Part shown: in pieces, positions 57,677 through 64,000 of the stretch
How the letters are laid out: each line of letters starts with the position of its first letter
How positions within the stretch are numbered: position 1 is the stretch's first letter
Notes under the pieces: generated by a model
Databases searched by the model: none
What the model was told of the DNA's origin: nothing
The model's input: only the letters and a program-made list of their open reading frames with translations
Translations under genes and position numbers: made by a program
DNA from: Cloacibacterium rupense
GTDB taxonomy: Bacteria > Bacteroidota > Bacteroidia > Flavobacteriales > Weeksellaceae
Reading direction: 5' to 3'
Assembly (NCBI RefSeq): GCF_014645495.1
Contig: NZ_BMLV01000001.1
Location: 291,996 to 355,995, forward strand
DNA length: 64,000 bases

Positions 57677-57704
57677 AACCTAAGAACACAACGTGTGTAA
57701 AATC

Positions 57705-58559
57705 TTATTGAATCACCCTTTCCAACACCCATTCAATCATTTTCTTTTCAGAAGCGTGGTGGTCAGCCGCAAATTCTCCACGTCTTCTATTGGCAATGAC
57801 ATTGTTGATGGTAATGGCTTTATGCCCAAGAAGTTTAGACAGGCCATAAATGGCAGAAGTTTCCATTTCGAAGTTGGTAACTCCCAAATCATTCAAAACT
57901 TCTAAAAATTGCTCATCTGTTGATTTTAAACGCAATTGTCGGCCTTGTGGCGCATAAAACCCTGGGAAGGTTGCCGTATTGCCCACATATTTGGCATCTT
58001 TAAAGTATTCGTATTGCGAGGCAGTCCATTCAGAAAAATAGAGTAGAGGTTTTATCTTTTCGTAAGGAAATTTTTCTAAGAAATTTCTAGAAAATTCATT
58101 CTCAAATTCATAGTCTACATAAAAATGCAAGAGTCCATCTAATCCTACCACATTCTCAGAAACCAACATATTATCTACCTCAACATCAGGATTTACACTA
58201 CCGCAAGTTCCTAGTCTGAACAGTTGTAAAGCGGTATGTTCTGTTTTAAATTCTTTTTTTGCTAAATCGATATTCACCAGAGCATCCAGCTCATTCATGA
58301 CAATATCTATATTCTCTGTACCAATTCCAGTAGACATTACGGTAATTCTTTCACCTCGTAGCATACCGGTGTGAGTATAGAATTCTCTTTTGTTTTTTTT
58401 GACTTCTATCTTATCAAAATATTGAGATACTTTCGGTACTCTGTCTGGGTCACCTACGAGTAAAATTTTCTCAGCAATATCTTCAGGTTTTAGATTCAGG
58501 TGATAAACGCTCCCATCTTGGTTCAATACCAATTCCGAAGCAGCAAGTTGATTGAGCAT
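57705..58559 (-). CDS. Nucleoside phosphorylase family (PNP/UDP/MTAN-type) protein
   Basis: The preferred start is MLNQLAASELVLNQDGSVYHLNLKPEDIAEKILLVGDPDRV. Downstream motifs VMSTGIGTENIDIV and FEMETSAIYG are typical of the PNP_UDP_1 fold. The coordinate of the moved start is approximate, plus or minus 1 nt. Confidence 0.65.
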   Translation of the reverse strand: MLNQLAASELVLNQDGSVYHLNLKPEDIAEKILLVGDPDRVPKVSQYFDKIEVKKNKREFYTHTGMLRGERITVMSTGIGTENIDIVMNELDALVNIDLAKKEFKTEHTALQLFRLGTCGSVNPDVEVDNMLVSENVVGLDGLLHFYVDYEFENEFSRNFLEKFPYEKIKPLLYFSEWTASQYEYFKDAKYVGNTATFPGFYAPQGRQLRLKSTDEQFLEVLNDLGVTNFEMETSAIYGLSKLLGHKAITINNVIANRRRGEFAADHHASEKKMIEWVLERVIQ

Positions 58560-58640
58560 AACTTTTATTTTTTTAAAAAAGGGTAGTAAATTTACTGACT
58601 TTTTCCGAATAAAGAAACTATTTCTTAAAATAAAATTCAT

Positions 58641-58856
58641 TTTATCCCAATCTCATCTTCCATCACCCATCAATCATCCATCATCTCAACAACCCACTCC
58701 AAAAAAAGGAAGATTTTACTTCCTTTAGGACCGAGGCAAATAAAATCTTCCTATTTTTCTCCCATCTTCCATCACCCATCATTCACGCTTCACCATTTAT
58801 AAATCATCACCCATCCATCATCTATCATCTATCATCTATCATCTATCATCCATCAC
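58641..58856. repeat. Repeat-rich leader/3'UTR: copy B of the ~75-nt element, flanked by 19-nt direct repeats, plus a (CATCTAT)x5 heptamer array
   Basis: catcttccatcacccatca occurs at about 58655 and about 58765 on either side of aaaaaaaggaagattttacttcctttaggaccgaggcaaataaaatcttcctatttttctccc. The heptamer tract atcatctatcatctatcatctatcatctatcatcc lies at about 58816..58850. On the minus strand the element forms a 12-bp stem hairpin plus T7, downstream of the SUI1-family gene. Confidence 0.55.
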
Positions 58857-59180
58857 CTAACCCCCAACTCTCTTAGTCCTAAAACCCATTTCCTGAAGAA
58901 TTTTCATAATCTTATCACGATTATCTCCTTGTATGATGATAATTCCATCTTTTTCGCTGCCTCCAATGCCTAGAGTAGTCTTTATCTTTTTAGAAATGTT
59001 TTTAAGTTCTTCTTCGCTACCTTCAAAGCCTTCTATTAACGTTACGGGTTTGCCATTTCTTCCTTTCTTCTCAAACTTACAAATAAGAGGAGATTTTTGC
59101 TCAGATTGTTCTTCTGGCATTTCGAAGTCTTGTTCTTCGTGGTCCGGGAAAAGGTTTTTTAATTGGTCTCTTAAGTCCAT
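58857..59180 (-). CDS. SUI1/YciH-family translation initiation factor-like protein
   Basis: 107 aa. …KFEKKGRNGKPVTLIEGFEGSEEELKNISKKIKTTLGIGGSEKDGIIIIQGDNRDKIMKILQEMGF matches the SUI1 fold. Confidence 0.8.
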   Translation of the reverse strand: MDLRDQLKNLFPDHEEQDFEMPEEQSEQKSPLICKFEKKGRNGKPVTLIEGFEGSEEELKNISKKIKTTLGIGGSEKDGIIIIQGDNRDKIMKILQEMGFRTKRVGG

Positions 59181-59195
59181 TGAAAAATAAATATA

Positions 59196-59999
59196 TTATT
59201 TGAATACCAAAGCCAAAATGGTAACAACAATAGAAGCCACAGAGATATAGATACCTGCGTTAGGGTCTAGTCTAGAGGTTTTAGTTACCGTAGGGTTTCC
59301 ACTTACAAAAATGACATCGTTTTGCTTAATTTGATAAAAAGGAGAGTTGATAAAATCTGCTTTTGTCAAGTCGATTCTGGTTTTAGTAATTTGTCCATTT
59401 TCATTTCTTACCACCAATACATTATCTCTTTCACCATATTTAGTCAAATCTCCTGCCAATCCCAGTGCGGTCAATAGGGTAGCTTGCCCATCGGGAACGG
59501 TATACGTAGCAGGTCGATTCACTTGTCCGAGTACAGTCACCTTAAAATTGATGATATTGATATTGACAATAGGGTTTACTACATATTTCTTCATTCGATT
59601 TTGTAGATATTGGGCAAACTCTTCTTTAGTTTTGTTAGTGGTATCCAATAATCCTAGGATAGGGAAATTAATGGTTCCGTCTTCTTTTACCACATAAGTA
59701 GGATTTTGCGAAACATTAACTCTATTGATGTTCTGTGAACCATTTATCATATTATAATTCGGACTATCAGAATTGCTGATGTTTTGATTAAAAGGGGCTA
59801 CCACTTCCATATCGTCTGCAGAAATCATTATGCTCAATTGATCGCCTGGTTGTAGGGTAGAAGCAGCACTTTTAATGGAAGCTTCCGTAGCCAACTCATC
59901 TATATTTTTCATGTAATTCAGCTCTTGTTTGGGAGCACATGAATCGAGAATTAGCAATGAGACAAAAAGAAAGAATAAGGTTGAAAATAGATTTTTCAT
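59196..59999 (-). CDS. Polysaccharide biosynthesis/export protein (Wza-like outer-membrane lipoprotein)
   Basis: 267 aa with lipobox LLILDSC. Polysaccharide-export and SLBB-like region (…LQPGDQLSIMISA…VKEDGTINFPILG). Confidence 0.7.
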   Translation of the reverse strand: MKNLFSTLFFLFVSLLILDSCAPKQELNYMKNIDELATEASIKSAASTLQPGDQLSIMISADDMEVVAPFNQNISNSDSPNYNMINGSQNINRVNVSQNPTYVVKEDGTINFPILGLLDTTNKTKEEFAQYLQNRMKKYVVNPIVNINIINFKVTVLGQVNRPATYTVPDGQATLLTALGLAGDLTKYGERDNVLVVRNENGQITKTRIDLTKADFINSPFYQIKQNDVIFVSGNPTVTKTSRLDPNAGIYISVASIVVTILALVFK

Positions 60000-60056
60000 T
60001 TGAAAAATTTTTGTTTTTTTGTTATAAAGATTGTTTTACTTGGTAAATTTAAGAAT

Positions 60057-60818
60057 TTATGCTTTTATACCGAATTTTTGTTTCAAAAGTAGATAAATAA
60101 ATTTACTGTTGGTATACGCATATCGTTTGAATAATCGCTTAGGCTCTTGTATAAATCGATAAAACCACTCTAAACTCAATTCTTGCATCCATTTTGGAGC
60201 TCTTTTTTGTTCTCCTATTAACACAGGAAGCGCGCCACCTATTCCAATCATACAAGCGTTAATCTTGCCTTTCATAGAAGACATCCACTTTTCTTGTTTC
60301 GGACAGCCCAAGGCTACAAATACAATTTGTGCGCCAGTTCTATGGATGTCAGAGATAATTTGTAGTTCCTCTTCCTCGGTTAGAGCTCTAAAGGGGGGAC
60401 TATAAAAACCTACAGCATCCAATTGTGGATATTCCTTTTTTACATAAGCTTCTGTAGCGCGTTGGGTGGCTTCAGAACCTCCATAGAAATAGACTTTTAA
60501 TCCTTGTTGCTCACTGGCAGCTAACAAATCGGGTAACAAATCCATGCCAGCTACTCTGTCTTGTTCTATGCCATAGAGCCATTTGATTCCTTTTGCCAGC
60601 GGCATACCATCTGGAGTAACCATATCTGCTGAATTCACAATATCTCGAAATTCGGGGTTGTCGTAGGCCTCTATACACATATGTACATTGGCGACACAAA
60701 TATAGGATGATATGTTATGCTTACTTAAATAGATGATATTCTCTAACATATTATCATAATTTTTTACTGTTATGTTTAGAGATAAAATCCTTTTATATTC
60801 CATACCATTATATTTCAA
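60057..60818 (-). CDS. WecB/TagA/CpsF-family glycosyltransferase
   Basis: 253 aa. Its pattern (…VTPDGMPL…, …FVALGCPKQEKW…) matches the N-acetylmannosaminyltransferase family. The GC content is visibly higher than that of the flanking genes. Confidence 0.75.
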   Translation of the reverse strand: MKYNGMEYKRILSLNITVKNYDNMLENIIYLSKHNISSYICVANVHMCIEAYDNPEFRDIVNSADMVTPDGMPLAKGIKWLYGIEQDRVAGMDLLPDLLAASEQQGLKVYFYGGSEATQRATEAYVKKEYPQLDAVGFYSPPFRALTEEEELQIISDIHRTGAQIVFVALGCPKQEKWMSSMKGKINACMIGIGGALPVLIGEQKRAPKWMQELSLEWFYRFIQEPKRLFKRYAYTNSKFIYLLLKQKFGIKA

Positions 60819-60828
60819 TTAATTAAAA

Positions 60829-61983
60829 TTATTTTTTTGAGATCATCATTTCATAGAGATTAATAGATCCATCAGAAGGTTTACTTTGATACATCCAAAA
60901 CTTCAAGATTTTACTGTTTTGCTCTTTAATAAAAAAAGTAGATTTATAAGAATCATTAATTATAGGTTTTTCTATAACATCAAAATTTTTTCCATCATTA
61001 GAATATGCAAGGTATAGGGTGTCACCATAATTTACATCAGAATTTCCAATATTTAAAAGCATAAGGTAATAGTTACTAGAAGAATATATTACTTCTAGAT
61101 GCCAGGGATCTCTATTATTACCCCAGGGTCTATTTTTAAAATTACAAATATTTTCTTTACTGTAACTTTCATAATCTCTATCAAAACTATCACTCTTTCT
61201 CAATGAGACAAATCTTTTTGTTTGATTTCCGTAGCCTTCCTCTATCTTGCATGCATTGGTTGAAGAAATAACATCATATACCAACCATTTATTATTCACA
61301 TTTAGAAATGAAGGAGATAAAATTTGAGAATTTTCATTTGCTCCGTTTGAATTCGAGGAATAAACTAAATTTTTATCTGTCCAATGCAATCCATCAGAAG
61401 ATGTTCTAGAAACCACAAAACGAGTATAAGTCTTATTATCGTTCAAATAATTTTTCTCAAAAAAATTGCCTCTATAATAAAGTATTAACTGATTATTTTG
61501 AAATAGTAAATTAACATCACTCCAATATGAGTTTATTGCATTACATGATGGTCTATCTATTGGACCGCTTGTAATGTCTTTCCAATCAATTCCATCATTT
61601 GAGCCAAAAATATGAGGATTTTCGTATTGCGAAGGATTTTTTTCTAAATCTATTTTTCCAAAATATGGAGTCATAGACATCCAATATTTATAGCCATTAA
61701 AACCAGTGGGAATATATACTATTGATGGGTGAGCAATACCAGAATTGATAATAGGAACTCTTTTAGCATCATCTAAATTATTAGAGCTACTTCTTCCTAT
61801 AGCGGTTGTATTAAATTCAACATTAGATTTTACTAATGTTAATTTTATGTTTAATTGATTATCAAATGATGAAAATTCTGTGCCGTTATCAATAATAGGT
61901 ATATTATTATCATTGTCTTCTCTATAACTACTACATTGAGTAAAAAATATTGTAAGGATAATAAAAAGTATTACTTTTTTCAT
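60829..61983 (-). CDS. Hypothetical lipoprotein in a polysaccharide locus (possibly a beta-propeller, glycosidase-like fold)
   Basis: 384 aa with lipobox FFTQCSS. It is extremely AT-rich. Repeated W/D-containing blade-like motifs (IDWKDI, LHWTDKN). No confident family. Confidence 0.35.
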   Translation of the reverse strand: MKKVILFIILTIFFTQCSSYREDNDNNIPIIDNGTEFSSFDNQLNIKLTLVKSNVEFNTTAIGRSSSNNLDDAKRVPIINSGIAHPSIVYIPTGFNGYKYWMSMTPYFGKIDLEKNPSQYENPHIFGSNDGIDWKDITSGPIDRPSCNAINSYWSDVNLLFQNNQLILYYRGNFFEKNYLNDNKTYTRFVVSRTSSDGLHWTDKNLVYSSNSNGANENSQILSPSFLNVNNKWLVYDVISSTNACKIEEGYGNQTKRFVSLRKSDSFDRDYESYSKENICNFKNRPWGNNRDPWHLEVIYSSSNYYLMLLNIGNSDVNYGDTLYLAYSNDGKNFDVIEKPIINDSYKSTFFIKEQNSKILKFWMYQSKPSDGSINLYEMMISKK

Positions 61984-62004
61984 ATTTCATTGTGTTTCGT
62001 TATT

Positions 62005-63093
62005 CTATGTTTTTTGAATAATATTCATTAAATTGATTTCAAATTTATCTAAAATATATTTATTTAAGAATTTTATTCTTCCTTTTTTTCCCATTTCCAT
62101 GGATGTTTTTGGATTTAAAATTAATTTTTCAATTGCTAAGGATAATTCTAAAAAATCTTTTTGGGGTACAATGATTCCATTTTCTCCATCATATACAATA
62201 TCAGGAATACCACCTTCAGAAGATGATATTATGGGCAATGAGAATTGCATGGCTTCCAATAATACCAATGGAAAACAATCTTGATAAGTAGGAAATATAA
62301 ACAAGTTAGCATTCTTATAAATATATTCCTTTTCTTTTCCATATTTTTTTCCTAAATACTTTACATGTTTAGAAAGATTTAATGCTGTAACTTTTTTTTC
62401 AAATTCTTCTTTGCTGATATCTCCTTCTCCTCCTACAAAAATTGCTTCAAATTTTAAATCTCTATTTTTTAAAATTTCTAAGGCAGATAGCAATATATAT
62501 ACTCCCTTACTTTCTATTAAATTAGATAAAAATAATATTTGAGGAATTTCATTTTTTCTTTCTAAATCTTCACTTTTTAATTCTTTGATTTCTGGCACAC
62601 CATTCGGACAAATTCTTATCTGCTCTTGTGATACAAAATTTTCTATATCATCATATAGATACTGAGAAAGCAAAATGACTTTAGTGTTTCTAAAAACCTT
62701 TTGATAAAGCCAATGATTAATTGGGCTTTCTGATGCTTTCTTTACCCCTTTATTATGCAGATGATAGATGATATTAATACGAAATAATTTGATTAAAAAC
62801 ACCAAAACACAATCTCTATAAAATGCAAATCCTGTGGTAGTGAGTGCAAAATAAACTTGTTGGGGACGATGAATTATGATTTCTTTGATCAAGTTCAAAA
62901 TTAGACCAATCATGCCTAACAATTTGCCAACAGAAATTTTACCAGATTCATCTACTGATTTTGACGCAAGTAAATTCAGGTATCTAGCATTGAAATTATT
63001 ATTGATAATTTTACTTTCCTTAATCCATTGTCCTACCATAGAAGAACCGTGAACTGGGGGAGGCAAGTGTAGCAAAAACAATACCCTTTTCAT
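62005..63093 (-). CDS. Glycosyltransferase family 4 (GT-B, retaining)
   Basis: 362 aa. The C-terminal EX7E-type motif region reads …FPTYQDCFPLVLLEAMQFSLPIISSSEGGIPDIVYDGENGIIV. Confidence 0.75.
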   Translation of the reverse strand: MKRVLFLLHLPPPVHGSSMVGQWIKESKIINNNFNARYLNLLASKSVDESGKISVGKLLGMIGLILNLIKEIIIHRPQQVYFALTTTGFAFYRDCVLVFLIKLFRINIIYHLHNKGVKKASESPINHWLYQKVFRNTKVILLSQYLYDDIENFVSQEQIRICPNGVPEIKELKSEDLERKNEIPQILFLSNLIESKGVYILLSALEILKNRDLKFEAIFVGGEGDISKEEFEKKVTALNLSKHVKYLGKKYGKEKEYIYKNANLFIFPTYQDCFPLVLLEAMQFSLPIISSSEGGIPDIVYDGENGIIVPQKDFLELSLAIEKLILNPKTSMEMGKKGRIKFLNKYILDKFEINLMNIIQKT

Positions 63094-63105
63094 GTTATTA
63101 TAGTT

Positions 63106-64000
63106 TTAAAAGCCGATAAAATATCGAAAACGTGAGTAAATTCTAATGGGGATACTGTGATAATAATAACACATTTTGTCAATTTCAGCAGTATTAGTAA
63201 TTGGTTTTTTTAAATTAAAATCAGTTCTTATTCCATCATCTAAAATAGTTTTAAAACGTGAATATTGATGTTTAGTATTACTACCATCTGCATTGAAACC
63301 TATGTTTTGAACCAATGAATCATAAGGAAATATTGAATTTTTTTTTTGTTTAAATTGTGAATAACAAAACCGAATAGCCCAAGACTTCCCTTTTCCTTCT
63401 TTTACAGAACGAAGCATGCTGTATAAATCGCTTCCATTTACATTAAAAGCTCTTTGTATCTTTTTATTATTCTTAATATTTTCCCAATCTTTTACTTCCC
63501 AATCTATAGTTTCCCATCGATCTTTCCAAGTAGCCCATCCCCATGATGAAGAACGACCGTGGGCATAGACATCATGTAGCTCATTTTTATCTTTTTTTAT
63601 TTTAAGACCAAATCCACATATTGAGATGATTTGCTTTTCTTCTTCATAAAAATCTAAACACTGATTCATATAATTCAAAAAATTAGGGGTTGTAACTAGA
63701 TCATCTTCAAGAACTATTACTTTTCCGTGTTTATTGATGATTTCAGTAACTCCAGAAATTATAGAATCTGCCAAGCCTTTATTGTGAATTGATTCCTTGA
63801 TTTCTATAGAAGCAAACCCGTCAATATTTTTCAAATATTGTCTCAATTCTGTTACTTTTAAATAGTCAGACTCATTTTTATAGCCATCAGAAAAAATAAT
63901 CAGATGGCTCTTCTTTGCTAAAAAATTGAGTTGTAGAGCTTCAATCGTTTTTTTTGTGGCTTCTAGTCTGTTGTATGTAAATAATACGATAGGGGCTAAA
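63106..64000 (-). CDS. Glycosyltransferase (GT2-like) whose N-terminus runs off the window edge
   Basis: The track ORF starts at an internal TTG. By-eye translation continues in frame upstream to the window end (…LAPIVLFTYNRLEATKKTIEALQLNFLAKKSHLIIFSDGYKNESDYLKVTELRQYLKNIDGF…). There is a DxD-like VLEDDLV motif. Family assignment is tentative. Confidence 0.5.
   Translation of the reverse strand, partial: LAPIVLFTYNRLEATKKTIEALQLNFLAKKSHLIIFSDGYKNESDYLKVTELRQYLKNIDGFASIEIKESIHNKGLADSIISGVTEIINKHGKVIVLEDDLVTTPNFLNYMNQCLDFYEEEKQIISICGFGLKIKKDKNELHDVYAHGRSSSWGWATWKDRWETIDWEVKDWENIKNNKKIQRAFNVNGSDLYSMLRSVKEGKGKSWAIRFCYSQFKQKKNSIFPYDSLVQNIGFNADGSNTKHQYSRFKTILDDGIRTDFNLKKPITNTAEIDKMCYYYHSIPIRIYSRFRYFIGF

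Noticed and set aside
57429-57683. 84-aa plus-strand ORF rich in His/Phe/Thr (LHDFTTSQFHDFTT…)
   Set aside because: It is a translation artefact of the octamer tandem repeat. There is no start context. It is better explained as non-coding repeat DNA.
57586-58856. Possible CRISPR array, given the short tandem repeats at 57586..57676 and 58816..58850
   Set aside because: The units are 7-8 nt and contiguous, with no unique spacers of 25-40 nt. No cas genes are nearby. These are simple tandem repeats, not CRISPR.
1-64000. tRNA, rRNA, tmRNA, RNase P and SRP RNA genes; IS elements, integrases and phage genes
   Set aside because: I scanned intergenic regions for GTTCGAATC-type T-loops, rRNA-like conserved blocks and transposase-like ORFs and found none. 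The GC-rich island at about 28000..28110 was considered as SRP-like but lacks the conserved domain IV motif.

Overview
This ~64 kb window is a chromosomal stretch from a low-GC (about 30%) member of Bacteroidota, class Flavobacteriia. The assignment rests on family signatures recognised by eye: a fused BCKDH E1 alpha/beta subunit, a short 288-aa RpoD, the SusC/RagA signature segment, a GbsR-type regulator, and a DUF4266/DUF3570/ApbE module. I call about 55 protein-coding genes. I recognised no rRNA, tRNA, CRISPR array, IS element or phage genes. The ORF track uses ATG/GTG/TTG starts and omits edge-truncated ORFs, so I moved several starts to the first plausible ATG after a signal peptide or conserved N-terminus. 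I also added the two genes that run off the window edges (1..1737 and 63106..64000, both minus strand).

Housekeeping content includes lpdA, gyrA, ndk, rpe, rpoD, serC/serA plus a DUF1015 gene, fabI, tag and a threonine aldolase. The right end of the window (59196..64000) is an AT-rich polysaccharide biosynthesis locus: a Wza-like exporter, a WecB/TagA glycosyltransferase, a GT4 glycosyltransferase, a GT2-like gene and a lipoprotein of unknown function.

The most unusual region is a self-contained four-gene operon at 7069..16057. It encodes an ECF sigma factor, a membrane protein in the anti-sigma position whose C-terminus resembles the N-terminal plug strands of SusC/RagA transporters, a plugless SusC-like outer-membrane barrel, and an alpha-2-macroglobulin-family protein. 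The A2M protein retains the Cys and Gln of a thioester (CFEQ) and carries an internal TonB box plus SusC/RagA plug signature. The parts of one TonB-dependent transducer therefore appear to be distributed over three proteins. I am not aware of a described system with this layout.

Other points worth a second look:
- tandem paralogous TPR/AraC one-component regulators whose last 71 nt are identical
- three phased direct repeats in the promoter of one of those regulators
- a thioredoxin/ApbE/DUF4266/DUF3570 extracytoplasmic module
- a ~75-nt element present twice (a terminator-like hairpin when read on the minus strand), sitting in purine/pyrimidine-skewed tandem-repeat tracts around the nucleoside phosphorylase gene
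- a nested inverted-repeat element downstream of rpoD
- orphan hairpins in the fabI and DtxR-family leaders
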